64,000 nt of DNA from Candidatus Marinacidobacterales bacterium (lineage in GTDB: Bacteria; Acidobacteriota; Vicinamibacteria; Marinacidobacterales; SMYC01). The translations under genes were made by a program, and so were the position numbers. Positions 40,697 to 50,921 of this stretch are shown here, in pieces. The notes under the pieces are model-generated. The model had not been told where the DNA came from, ran no database searches, and was given only the letters and a program-made list of their open reading frames with translations. The stretch spans positions 512,001 to 576,000 of the forward strand of contig CBDCYI010000011.1 of the NCBI GenBank assembly GCA_965224085.1, in the 5' to 3' direction. Position 1 is the stretch's first letter; each line of letters opens with the position of its first letter.

Positions 40697-40840
40697 TTAG
40701 TCGGAAATGGCCGGCGCACCCGTGGCGGTAATCACCGTCCCGCCAACGATTGCAGTGAAATTTGCCTGTTCCTGTGCTTGGTTCCCACTCGGCGTGACAA
40801 GAGCGCCCAGGAAGCAAGTTGCTGCTATACGTCGGTTCAT
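40697..40840 (-). pseudogene. N-terminal stub of an amidohydrolase paralog
   Basis: Signal peptide plus FTAIVGGTVITATGAPAISD, then a stop. Confidence 0.6.
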
Positions 40841-40996
40841 CTCATGTCCTCCTCTGTCCAAATTCGATTTGGGGTAGGGATTGCATCCGCGCTCGATTTG
40901 CGATAAGACCTTGCGAGTGTCCTGCACGTCCGTGACCCCAACCAGGCGACTAGCGGTGGACTCTGCTAAGCGCCTTTTTGCTTTGGAGAGAATGTC

Positions 40997-42529
40997 ATGA
41001 ATGGCAAAGGAGCCCGGTACCGTTTTCTTAACATGTTCCTGGTGCTGCTTCTCGGCGTCGCATTCCAGGCGCAGGCCGAGCAAGCATCCGACCAGGCCAC
41101 GGCGATCGTCGGAGCTACCGTAATAGATGGCAACGGCGGACCGCCCATGGCGGACGCGACCGTCGTCGTGGTCGGCAAACGCATCACCGCCGTCGGCCCG
41201 CGGGCCTCGGTCGACGTCCCGGCGGGCGCCAGAACCATCGACGGCGCAGGAAAGTTCGTCACCCCCGGCTTCGTGGATACCAACGTGCATATCTCCCTCT
41301 ATGGAGGTGGGCGCAAAGAACGGAAGGAAACTTCGGTCTACTACAGAGAGGCCAGTGCCGATCTGACGCTGGAAAGCGCCCAGATGCAGTTGAAATATGG
41401 GATCACCACCTTGCGCGACAGCTACGGGGCATTACTTCCACTGATAGAGGTCCGGGACGCCATTGCTCGCGGGGATGAGATCGGTCCCCGCATGCTGGTG
41501 GCCGGGAATATCGTCGGTTGGGGCGGCCCCTATTCGATTACCTTTGCCCTGATTCGCGAAAATAACTTGTCGCTTTATGAGGAGCAATTCACTGACTTCA
41601 TCGCTCAAGGGTCGGGCGAAGAGCTCATGGACATGTATCCGGAGGAGCTCCGTCGAGCAATCAACAAATACCTCGACAAGGGTCCAGACTTCATCAAGTA
41701 TGGTGGGACCAGCCATTGGGCCATTCCGACACTCATCGGGTTTTCGCCCGCTGCTCAACAGGTGATCGTGGAGGAAACGCACAAGCGAGGGTTGGTGGCC
41801 GAGACCCACGCAACCAACCCGGAAGGACTCCGACTATCGATAGAGGCAGGAATCGATCTCATTCAGCATCCTGAGGTCCTCGCAAATCGGGAGCTTTCCG
41901 ACGACCTTGTCCGTGAGATCCGTGAGCGGAAGATCATCTGCTCGATGCTGGTCAACTCTTTTACCGGCGCGGCGTGGAAGAAACATCTGAAGGAGAAGGA
42001 CGCGGCGAAGAAGAGACTGGCCGAGGCTGAGGAGGAGGCGGCGCAGGAGGGGCTGAAGAGATCTATCAAGAGGAAAAAGACGTCCGCCGAGCGACGCCGC
42101 GAGCAGCGTGAGCTCGGGCTTGGCACCGAGATGCGCCGCCGTAACGCCACGAAGTTGATCGAGGGCGGCTGCATCGTGACCCTCGGTACCGATAATTTCG
42201 CAGGCTCAGCGCCTGAGTTCGCTCGGACACCGAAGCGCATATCGTCGGAGCCGGGCATCGGAACCATCATCGCCATCGAGGGTTTGGTCGAGCTTGGCAT
42301 GACCCCCTCCGAGGCGATCGTTGCAGCGACGAAGAACGGCGCTATGGCCTGCAAGGCTCTCGATGAGTTCGGCACCGTGGAGGCGGGCAAGATCGCCGAC
42401 CTGCTGGTCCTGGATGCCGATCCCCTTGCCAGCATCTCCAACATCCGCAAGCTCGGCACTTTGATGCGGGAAGGCCAGATCATCGACCGCCACAAGCTGC
42501 CAACGAAACCGATTTTCTACAAGCGCTAG
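40997..42529 (+). CDS. Exported amidohydrolase, NxH variant (member 2)
   Basis: PGFVDTNVH, FIKYGG, ETH, QHP, GTDN; signal peptide. Confidence 0.92.
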   Translation: MNGKGARYRFLNMFLVLLLGVAFQAQAEQASDQATAIVGATVIDGNGGPPMADATVVVVGKRITAVGPRASVDVPAGARTIDGAGKFVTPGFVDTNVHISLYGGGRKERKETSVYYREASADLTLESAQMQLKYGITTLRDSYGALLPLIEVRDAIARGDEIGPRMLVAGNIVGWGGPYSITFALIRENNLSLYEEQFTDFIAQGSGEELMDMYPEELRRAINKYLDKGPDFIKYGGTSHWAIPTLIGFSPAAQQVIVEETHKRGLVAETHATNPEGLRLSIEAGIDLIQHPEVLANRELSDDLVREIRERKIICSMLVNSFTGAAWKKHLKEKDAAKKRLAEAEEEAAQEGLKRSIKRKKTSAERRREQRELGLGTEMRRRNATKLIEGGCIVTLGTDNFAGSAPEFARTPKRISSEPGIGTIIAIEGLVELGMTPSEAIVAATKNGAMACKALDEFGTVEAGKIADLLVLDADPLASISNIRKLGTLMREGQIIDRHKLPTKPIFYKR

Positions 42530-42583
42530 GCGAATCTGGATCGTCGATCCTGGCTTTTTGTCCAGGGAAAACAGGAGGAATCA

Positions 42584-44041
42584 GTGATAGTGATGAGGAG
42601 TAGAGTCTCTCTTTTCGTGCTCTTCCTTTGTTGTTTTCTTGTGCCGAATCCCATTGTCTCGGCGCAAGACACCCTTGCCATCGTCGGCGCCACGCTCATC
42701 GATGGCACCGGTGCTGAGCCGGTCCCTGATAGCGCCCTCCTCATCGAGGGCAGCCGAATCGTTGCAGTCGGGCCCCGCTCCGAGGTGACGATCCCGGCGG
42801 CCACTCGCGTCGTGGACGCCGCCGGCCAGTACATCACCCCGGGCCTGATCGACGTCAACATCCACCTGATTCTTTTCATCGTCCCGGAGTTTTACGTCAA
42901 GTACGAGGAGCAGCTGGAGGAGATCATCATCCAGTCGGCCCAGATCGCCCTCAAGTACGGGGTCACCACGGTGCGGGACTCCTGGGGTCCAATAGAGCCG
43001 CTGCTGCGGGCCAGGGATCGGGTCAACCGGGGCGAGCGGGTGGGAGCCCGCATGCTGGTGGCGGGCAACATCGTCGGTCTGGGGGGACCGTTCAGCGAAT
43101 ACTTCCTGGGCGAGCGGGGGGCGGCGATCTCGCCCCTGGTGCAGGAGCGGATCAACGCCATCTGGGAGGAGAACGTCGGTCCCGAGCTGGCGGGGATGCG
43201 TCCTGAGGAGGTGCGTCAGGAGATGCGCACGTACCTGGCCCGGGGGGTGGATTTCGTGAAGGTGGCGATCTCGGCCCACGGGGTCCGTGGGGAGCCGCTG
43301 ATGTTCTCTCCCGAGGTGCTGAAGGTGATCGCCGATGAGGTGCACGCCGCGGGAAAGATCTACGAGACCCACACCGCCACCCCCGAGAGCCTGAGGCTGG
43401 CGGTGGAGTCCGGTGTCGACCTCCTCCAGCACCCGGAGGTCCTGGGTGACCAGGTGATCTCGGACGAGCTGATCGAGCTGATCAAGGAGAAGAACATCTT
43501 CTGCGGGATTCTGACCCGGTTCAGCTTCCCGGAGAGAGCCGAAGAAGAGCGCTCGAAATACCCGGAATGGTACGCGAGCACCAGCTTCTACAGGCGGGAT
43601 CAGTTCGAGGCGCGGGTGAAGAATGTTCGCAAGATGATCGCCGCCGGGGTCCGGCTGGCCATGGCCACCGACATGGGCCCTCAGTCCTGGGATCTGGCCT
43701 ACCGACCCATGTCGCCGATGCTCGGGACGATGCAGTTCGAGACGATGGAAGATTACCAGACTGCAGGGGCAAGCCCGATGGACATCCTGGTTGCCTCGAC
43801 AAAGACTGGAGCCGAGGCGTCCCAGATGGAGGAGGATCTCGGCACGCTTGCGGTCGGCAAGATCGCCGACCTGCTGGTGGTGAATGCCAACCCGCTGGAG
43901 GACATCTCCAACATGCGAAAGATCGATGAAGTCATGAAAGACGGAAAATTCATCGATCGCGACGCGCTGCCCGAGAAGGAAATCATGAAGTTCGACCCCG
44001 CGATGAAGTTCGGCGATTACCTGAAAAAAACCAAGAGATGA
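42584..44041 (+). CDS. Exported amidohydrolase, NxH variant (member 3)
   Basis: PGLIDVNIH, FVKVA, ETH, QHP, ATDM; signal peptide. Confidence 0.92.
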   Translation: MIVMRSRVSLFVLFLCCFLVPNPIVSAQDTLAIVGATLIDGTGAEPVPDSALLIEGSRIVAVGPRSEVTIPAATRVVDAAGQYITPGLIDVNIHLILFIVPEFYVKYEEQLEEIIIQSAQIALKYGVTTVRDSWGPIEPLLRARDRVNRGERVGARMLVAGNIVGLGGPFSEYFLGERGAAISPLVQERINAIWEENVGPELAGMRPEEVRQEMRTYLARGVDFVKVAISAHGVRGEPLMFSPEVLKVIADEVHAAGKIYETHTATPESLRLAVESGVDLLQHPEVLGDQVISDELIELIKEKNIFCGILTRFSFPERAEEERSKYPEWYASTSFYRRDQFEARVKNVRKMIAAGVRLAMATDMGPQSWDLAYRPMSPMLGTMQFETMEDYQTAGASPMDILVASTKTGAEASQMEEDLGTLAVGKIADLLVVNANPLEDISNMRKIDEVMKDGKFIDRDALPEKEIMKFDPAMKFGDYLKKTKR

Positions 44042-44064
44042 GAGCTCTGAAGAAAGGAAGCGGG

Positions 44065-45007
44065 ATGATCGTACAGGGTTTGCGCAACCGTAGCCTAACT
44101 ATCTCTCCCGCCATCCTGCTTGCGGTGCTGCTGATTCTTGTCGCGTCCTCCGCCAACGCGGCTCAGGTGATCGCGGTCGTGGGGGCCACCGTGATCGATG
44201 GGAACGGCGGGCCACCCATGGCAGAGGCCACCGTCGTCGTGGTGGACAAACGCATTTCCGCCGTCGGCCCGCGGGCTTTGGTGGAAGTTCCTGCAGGCGC
44301 CAGAATCATCGATGGTACCGGGAAGTTCGTCACCCCAGGATTCGTGGACACCAACGTCCACATTTCCCTCTACGGGGGAGGGAGGAAGGAGCGCAAGGAA
44401 ACTTCGATCAAGTACCGCGGCCGTGCGGCAGAACTGACGCTGGAAAGCGCCCAGATGCATCTGAAGTACGGGGTAACCACTGTGCGCGACAGTTACGGGG
44501 CCCTCATTCCGTTGATGGAGGTTCGGGACGCCATCGCTCGGGGGGATGAGATCGGTCGAGCGCCGTCGAGAGCTCACGGCCCTTGGAAGAGGCGGGCTCG
44601 GCCTCGAAATGCGCCGCCGCAACGCCGAGAAGCTGATCGAGGGCGGCTGTATCACGACCCTGGGTACCGACAACTCCGCAGGCTCAGCGCCCGAGTTCGC
44701 CCGGCGCCCGAAGTCCATATCGCAGGAGCCGGGGGTCGGAACCATCATTGCGATTGAGGGGTTGGTCGAGCTCGGAATGACCCCATCCGAGGCGATCGTT
44801 TCCGCCACGAAGAACGGCGCTACGGCATGCAAGGCCCTCGATGAGTTCGGCACCGTGGAGGCAGGCAAAATCGCCGACCTTCTGGTCTTGGATGCCGACC
44901 CGCTGGCCGACATCTCGAACATCCGCAGGCTCGGAGTTGTCATGCGGGAGGGGCAAATCATTGATCACGACACGCTGCCGACAAATCCTATCTTCTACAA
45001 ACGCTAA
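44065..45007 (+). pseudogene. Amidohydrolase paralog with an internal deletion and frameshift (member 4)
   Basis: N-part up to RGDEIG is joined at about 44557 to ERRRELT...; roughly 0.6 kb is missing relative to 40997-42529. Confidence 0.88.
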
Positions 45008-45055
45008 GAAGGTTCAAAAGTTAGAAAGCTGGAAACTCTGAAGAAAGGAAGCGCC

Positions 45056-46591
45056 ATGATCGTACAGGGTGTACGCAACCGTATCCTGACTTTCTCTCCC
45101 GCCATCCTGCTTGGTGTGCTGCTGATTCTTATCGCGTCCTCCGCAAACGCGGGTCAGGCGGAGCAGGTAATCGCGATCGCCGGGGCCACTGTGATCGATG
45201 GGAACGGCGGGCCCCCCGTCGCGGACCGGACGATCCTGGTGAGGGGCAATCGCATCGCAGAGATGGGCCCTCGGGATTCGATACAGGTCCCGGCGGGTGC
45301 CCGGGTCATCGACGGCAACGGCAAGTTCGTGACACCCGGGTTCATCGACACCAACGTCCACATGTCCCTGGCCTTCGGCCGTCGATGGAACGACAGCAAC
45401 GCCCGCTACTGGGACCGGCACTCCGACCTGGTCCTCGAGGGGGTACAGCTCCACCTGAAGCATGGGGTCACCACGATTCGGGACAGCTACGGCGCCCTGC
45501 TTCCCATGATCGAGGTGCGTGATGCGATCGCCCGGGGCGACGAGGTGGGCCCCCGCATGTACGTGGCCGGCAACATCGTGGGCTGGGGAGGCCCCTACTC
45601 CGAGACCTTCTCCCGCCTCTCCGAATCGGAGCTCACTCTCTTCGAGGAGCAGATCAACGACGCCATCACGCAGGGAAGCGGAGAAGAGTGGACTCACATG
45701 GCGCCGGACGAGCTCCGGGTGGCGATCAACGACTACCTCGACAAGGATCCAGACTTCATCAAGTACGGCGGTACATCTCACTCTCTCTATCCGGGCCTGA
45801 TTGGGTTCTCCCCGCGGGCACAGAAAGTTATTGTGGAGGAGACACAAAAGCGGGGCCTGGTGGCAGAAACGCACTCCACGACCCTGGAAGGGCTTCGACT
45901 TTCCGTTCTCGCCGGCCTCGATCTGATTCAGCATCCCGAAGCGGTCGGGCGCAGGGAGATCACCGACGAGCTCATCAACCTCATCGTGGAGCGGCAGGTC
46001 ATCTGCTCGATCATCTCGAATGCGTACAGCGGGGAGGCATGGAAGTGGCACCGAAAGCAGAGGGAGAAGGCGTTGCAAGAGCAGGCGGAGGCGAGTCAAG
46101 AACCCGAGCGCCGGGCGCCGAAGACGTCGGCCGAGATCCGGCGTGAAAAGGAGGCGGCGGGGATCGGGATGGAGCTACGCCGGCGAAACGCAGAGAAACT
46201 CATCAGCGCCGGGTGCATTGTCACGGTGGGCACCGACAACCTTCTGTTCGGCTACCGTGGAGTCGCGCCCGAATTCCTTCGGGAGAAACACGCGATATCT
46301 GAACATCAGGAACCCGGGATTGGGACCATCCTTGGAATCGAGGGGCTGGTCGAGCTCGGCATGACGCCCTCGGAGGCGATTGTGGCCGCAACGAAGAATG
46401 GGGCCCTTGCCTGCAAGGCCCTGGATGAGTTCGGCACGGTGGAGAAAGGCAAGATCGCCGACCTTCTTTTGCTGGATGCCAATCCTCTGGCCGACATCTC
46501 GAACATCCGCAAGCTCGGGGTCGTCATGCGGGGGGGGCAAATCATTGATCGTGACAAACTGGCGACGAAATCCGTCTTACACAAGCGATAG
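45056..46591 (+). CDS. Exported amidohydrolase, NxH variant (member 5)
   Basis: PGFIDTNVH, FIKYGG, ETH, QHP, GTDN; signal peptide. Confidence 0.92.
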   Translation: MIVQGVRNRILTFSPAILLGVLLILIASSANAGQAEQVIAIAGATVIDGNGGPPVADRTILVRGNRIAEMGPRDSIQVPAGARVIDGNGKFVTPGFIDTNVHMSLAFGRRWNDSNARYWDRHSDLVLEGVQLHLKHGVTTIRDSYGALLPMIEVRDAIARGDEVGPRMYVAGNIVGWGGPYSETFSRLSESELTLFEEQINDAITQGSGEEWTHMAPDELRVAINDYLDKDPDFIKYGGTSHSLYPGLIGFSPRAQKVIVEETQKRGLVAETHSTTLEGLRLSVLAGLDLIQHPEAVGRREITDELINLIVERQVICSIISNAYSGEAWKWHRKQREKALQEQAEASQEPERRAPKTSAEIRREKEAAGIGMELRRRNAEKLISAGCIVTVGTDNLLFGYRGVAPEFLREKHAISEHQEPGIGTILGIEGLVELGMTPSEAIVAATKNGALACKALDEFGTVEKGKIADLLLLDANPLADISNIRKLGVVMRGGQIIDRDKLATKSVLHKR

Positions 46592-46651
46592 GCCAAGCCG
46601 TTCGCCGCGCGCCGCGTCATCATCTCGTCCGACGCGCTCGAGGCGATCCAA

Positions 46652-47135
46652 ATGGCCAAAAACCGCGGGATTCAACTCGAGAGGCTCCCTGCTTCTTGGC
46701 GCAACGTTGCTGATCGTCCTGTCCGGTACGGGGGCTGACAGCGCCCCGATAGAACAGGACGATGCTGGTATCCTTCAGAAGCTTCTCGAGGAGCGCACGG
46801 CTGCCGTGGTGGCGAGAGATCTCGCTGGAGTGGAGCGACTCTACGCCAATGATGAAACGCTCACCGTCTTTCGACCCGGCGCGGCTTTCCGAGGCTGGAC
46901 AGCCTACAAGGCGTACTGGGCGGAGGCATTACCCGGCGTACCCGACGGCTTTCAGATCGACTGGCACGACGATGTGGTCGTTCATGTGAGCGGAGATCAG
47001 ATCGTCGGAAGCCTGACCTGGAGTACGGCCGGAGGCGGCAGCACGCCCCAGGAAGGGCGTATCACGATCGTCGTCGAGAAAAGAGGCGAACGCTACGTCA
47101 TCATCCACGAGCATCTGTCGACCACGCAAAGGTAG
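46652..47135 (+). CDS. SnoaL/NTF2-like (YybH/DUF4440) protein, possibly frameshifted near the start
   Basis: AVVARDLAGVERLYA...GRITIVVEKRGERYVIIHEHLS; the ATG at 46652 is in frame only if one A of the A5 run is removed. Confidence 0.7.
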
Positions 47136-47188
47136 CTCGTAAAACTCTGATGCTGCACGCGGTCGCGATTCCGGCCTGGGGGAGAACG

Positions 47189-49435
47189 ATGTTTGCAAAT
47201 CGTGCATTCCAAAAAACCTTTATCGTGGCTCTTGGCGCGGTGCTCCTTGTTCTGCACCTGTGGCGGCCAGCCATCCCGGCAGCCGTAGCGCAATCCCGGC
47301 TGTCCCTGGAGAACCTCTGGACGCTACGCGGCCTGTCGAAACCACATTGGTCGCCCGACGGAACGTGGATCGCTTTCACCTTGAGTGAGCCCGCGTTCAA
47401 CTCGAGCATCATCATGGTCACCGACCTGGAGGGAAACGTTCGCCGGCTAACGGACCCGACGGTACGTGCAGACGCCGAAGCTAATTGGCAGTTCGGATTC
47501 TCGGCGGGGCTTTTACCGGAGCCGTGGACGCCGGACGGTCGCAGGCTGCTCTACCTGAGCCGAGGAAATATCTACGCCGTTGAAGTACAGAGCGGGAAGA
47601 TCGAGCCCGTCGTGCAATTCGGCGGTGCGGCGATGGGTTACACACCACAGGTCTACGACAACGGGCCGGATCCGGTTCTCTCTCCCGATGGGACGCGGCT
47701 AGCCTACGTTCGAGAAAGCGAGTTGTGGGTACTGGACACGAAACAGGGCCGGTTGACCCAACTCACTTCTTCCCATCCTGAAGGTTGGCATAACCTGCAA
47801 CCCCGCTGGTCACCCGAAGGTACCCACGTCCTGTATACCAGCCAGGCAACGGAGGAGCAGCGGCCTTTCCCCTTTCCTGACTTCTCGGGCACCGTCATCC
47901 AAATGAAGACCGGGTTGATCGGGCTGGGACGGGTGCGCGTCGGAGTTGCTCCAGCGGAGGGCGGCAAGACAACCTGGCTGGGGTCGCCCGAGGGAACGAG
48001 ATACTCGCTGCGAGGTGGGAGCCAGGCCTCATGGTCTCCCGATGGAAAGCGCATTGCCATCAACCGGATCTCGCTGGACCACACGGCACGAGAGATCATC
48101 ATCGCATCACCGGAAACCGGCGCGACCGACACCATCTGGAAGGAGGAGGTCGAGCACTGGATCTCGCCAATGACTATTTGGCTTCGCTGGTCGCCGGACG
48201 CAAGCCAGCTGCTCTTCACCTCCGAGCAGGACGGTTGGAACCACGTATACGTCATTTCGGCGAGCGGCGGCCAGCCCCGGCAGCTTACCCAGGGCAGCTT
48301 CACGGTGACCAGCCAGCGTGTCTATGACAACTACGAGACGACACCGGCCTGGTCGCCGGATGGTGCGACCATCCACTTCCCGTCGAACCAGGCCGGAACG
48401 CCGGAGCGTCATCTATATTCGCTGCCCGCAACGGGCGGCGCGTGGCAGAAGGTCACGCCCCTGCCTGGGGTCAACCTGTCCTCCACCCTTTCGCCCGATG
48501 GGACGCACGTCGCCTATCTCCACAGCGATCCGTCCAATCTGCCTGAGCTGTACGTACAGGAGATCGGCGCCGGCAGCCCAAAAAAGCTCACTAACCTGGC
48601 GGTGCCCGAGTCGCTGAACGGCTACCGCTGGAACACGCCTGAAATCGTGACGTACCCGAACACCAACGACGGGGCGCAGATCCGTGCCCGCCTCCATGTG
48701 CCCCAGGGTCTTGACCGTTCCCGCAAGCATCCTGCCGTGATCTTCGTTCACGGCGCTGGCTATTCCCAGAGTGTATTCCGCGGTTGGGTCAGCCTGGCTC
48801 GCAATGCCTTCAACCACTTTCTGGCCCAGGAAGGCTACGTGGTGCTCGATGTCGACTTCCGCGGCAGCGCGGGCTATGGCCGCAAGTTCCGGTTGGACGT
48901 GTTCGACCGGCTCGGCGACATCGACCGTGACGACGCGGTGAGTGGCGTCGAGTATCTGAAGAATCTCGGCTACGTCGATCCGGACAGGATCGGCATTTGG
49001 GGGCATAGCTACGGTGGATTCATGGTCTCGAGCGCGATGTTCCGATCACCCGAGACATTCGCAGCGGGTGCCGCCGGCGCTCCGGTGACCGACTGGGAAA
49101 GGTTTTTTTACCTGGCTCCCGGATACAACGAAGAACATCTGGGCTTCCCCTGGGAAAATCCAGAAGGCACTCGCCGTGCTTCGCCGCTCACCTACGCGGA
49201 GAACCTGGAGCGTCCTTTCCTTGTTCTGAGTGGCATGCAGGACTCCATGCACCTTGATTCCGCTGCGCTGGTCAACAAACTCCTCGAGCACCGCAAATCC
49301 TTCGAGTGGCTCTTCTACCCCAACGAACCGCACGGCATGCGGCAACCGCAGGCACGCGAAGATTACTATCGGCGCATTTTTGCGTTCTTTGGACGCCACT
49401 TGAAGCACCCGGTGCAGCCAACGTCTGAGAACTGA
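47189..49435 (+). CDS. S9 family dipeptidyl-peptidase IV-like peptidase
   Basis: WSPDG repeats, DFRGSAGYG, GHSYGG, QDS, NEPHG. Confidence 0.92.
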   Translation: MFANRAFQKTFIVALGAVLLVLHLWRPAIPAAVAQSRLSLENLWTLRGLSKPHWSPDGTWIAFTLSEPAFNSSIIMVTDLEGNVRRLTDPTVRADAEANWQFGFSAGLLPEPWTPDGRRLLYLSRGNIYAVEVQSGKIEPVVQFGGAAMGYTPQVYDNGPDPVLSPDGTRLAYVRESELWVLDTKQGRLTQLTSSHPEGWHNLQPRWSPEGTHVLYTSQATEEQRPFPFPDFSGTVIQMKTGLIGLGRVRVGVAPAEGGKTTWLGSPEGTRYSLRGGSQASWSPDGKRIAINRISLDHTAREIIIASPETGATDTIWKEEVEHWISPMTIWLRWSPDASQLLFTSEQDGWNHVYVISASGGQPRQLTQGSFTVTSQRVYDNYETTPAWSPDGATIHFPSNQAGTPERHLYSLPATGGAWQKVTPLPGVNLSSTLSPDGTHVAYLHSDPSNLPELYVQEIGAGSPKKLTNLAVPESLNGYRWNTPEIVTYPNTNDGAQIRARLHVPQGLDRSRKHPAVIFVHGAGYSQSVFRGWVSLARNAFNHFLAQEGYVVLDVDFRGSAGYGRKFRLDVFDRLGDIDRDDAVSGVEYLKNLGYVDPDRIGIWGHSYGGFMVSSAMFRSPETFAAGAAGAPVTDWERFFYLAPGYNEEHLGFPWENPEGTRRASPLTYAENLERPFLVLSGMQDSMHLDSAALVNKLLEHRKSFEWLFYPNEPHGMRQPQAREDYYRRIFAFFGRHLKHPVQPTSEN

Positions 49436-49448
49436 CGGTCGAGCCCCG

Positions 49449-50840
49449 ATGCTCTCGGCTGTAGCCTTCCTCTTTTCGGTGCTCCTCTGCCCCCTGGTTG
49501 GGGTCGGTGCACAGCCACAGCTCCGGCTGGAAGAGAACCGGAATGAGGCACGGCGGCGTTGGGAGAGGATGAGTCAGATCCGTCGCGACAAATTCGATCA
49601 CGTCCTCCCCGAGGCGATGCGAGACAACGGTATCGACATGTGGATCACCGTCATGAAGGAGGGCTACAGCGATCCCCTCTACGAGGACCTGGGCAGAGGC
49701 TCCGCCGGCTACCTCGGCCTTTTCGGCTACTACGTCTTCACCGACCGGGGCGAGGATCGCATCGAGCGGGCAACCCTCGGCATCGGCGGCAAGCTGCTGG
49801 CACGAAGCGGCGCCTACGATCTCATGGAAGCGGACTTCGACCTCAGGGCGTTCGTCGCCGAGCGTGACCCACAGCGTATCGGCGTGAACATGTCGAAGTC
49901 GATCGGCGCCGCCGACGGGCTGTCGTACACCGCTTACCAGCACCTGGTCTCGACGCTGGGCGAGCCGTACGCCTCGCGATTGGTTTCCGCAGAGAAGCTG
50001 ATTTCTGATTTTCGCTCGCGCCGAGTCGCCACCGAGATCGTCGCCTTCGGTGAAGCGGGAGAGCTCTCCCGCCACATCGTTGAGAGGGCTCTTTCCAACG
50101 AAATCATCACACCGGGGGTAACCACGCTCGAGGATGTTGCCTGGTGGATGCAAGAGCAGTTGTTGGCGCGCGGCCTCGAGTCATCCTTTGGTCTGCCTTC
50201 GGTCTACATCATCGGACCCGAAGGGATTGAGGCGATGTCTACCGACCGCGTCATCCTGGGTGGCGACCTCCTGACGATCGATTTCGGCGTCGGCTTGATG
50301 AACTTTCGCACCGACATCAAACGCATTGCATACGTACTCGAAGAAGGCGAAACGACGGTGCCACCGGGCATCCAGAACGCCTTCGACCAGGCCCTGAAGG
50401 CGCGCGAGATCCTCCGACGCCATATCTCCGTAGCCCGAAGCGGCGGCGCGACGCTGGAGCTCTTGAATCGCAAGCTCGAGGAGGCCGGATTCATCGCTAT
50501 CGAGGGAAGAGAAGCCCAGCTCGCCTTACTGAGAACCTTCCACCTGCAGGACGACAATGACGAGACCGAGGTCCTCATCGTGTCTCATTCCATCGGTAAC
50601 CTTGGCCACGGTGTCGGCCCGTCGATCGCCTCGTTTAATCCGCGGCGCCTGCAGTTCGAGATCCAACCCACCAACCTCTTCTCCATCGAGCTGTTTGCCT
50701 GGACACCCGCGCCCGAATGGGACCGGAAGAAGGTGCATATCCATCTCGAGGACTCCGCTGTCGTAACCGAGCGGGGCATCGAGTGGCTCTATCCGGTCAA
50801 CAAGCGGATCCTGCTCATCACTTCTTCACGGAACCCCTGA
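49449..50840 (+). CDS. M24 family metallopeptidase (Xaa-Pro aminopeptidase-like)
   Basis: IDFGV...TDIKR, HSIGNLGHG, SIEL, LEDS metal ligands; signal peptide. Confidence 0.85.
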   Translation: MLSAVAFLFSVLLCPLVGVGAQPQLRLEENRNEARRRWERMSQIRRDKFDHVLPEAMRDNGIDMWITVMKEGYSDPLYEDLGRGSAGYLGLFGYYVFTDRGEDRIERATLGIGGKLLARSGAYDLMEADFDLRAFVAERDPQRIGVNMSKSIGAADGLSYTAYQHLVSTLGEPYASRLVSAEKLISDFRSRRVATEIVAFGEAGELSRHIVERALSNEIITPGVTTLEDVAWWMQEQLLARGLESSFGLPSVYIIGPEGIEAMSTDRVILGGDLLTIDFGVGLMNFRTDIKRIAYVLEEGETTVPPGIQNAFDQALKAREILRRHISVARSGGATLELLNRKLEEAGFIAIEGREAQLALLRTFHLQDDNDETEVLIVSHSIGNLGHGVGPSIASFNPRRLQFEIQPTNLFSIELFAWTPAPEWDRKKVHIHLEDSAVVTERGIEWLYPVNKRILLITSSRNP

Positions 50841-50921
50841 ACCCGACTTCAGGTCGAACTGATTGATGGAGGTCTCAGGAAGCTTGTCGCGTCGAGATTG
50901 AGATGGACGCGAGCGGTTGCC

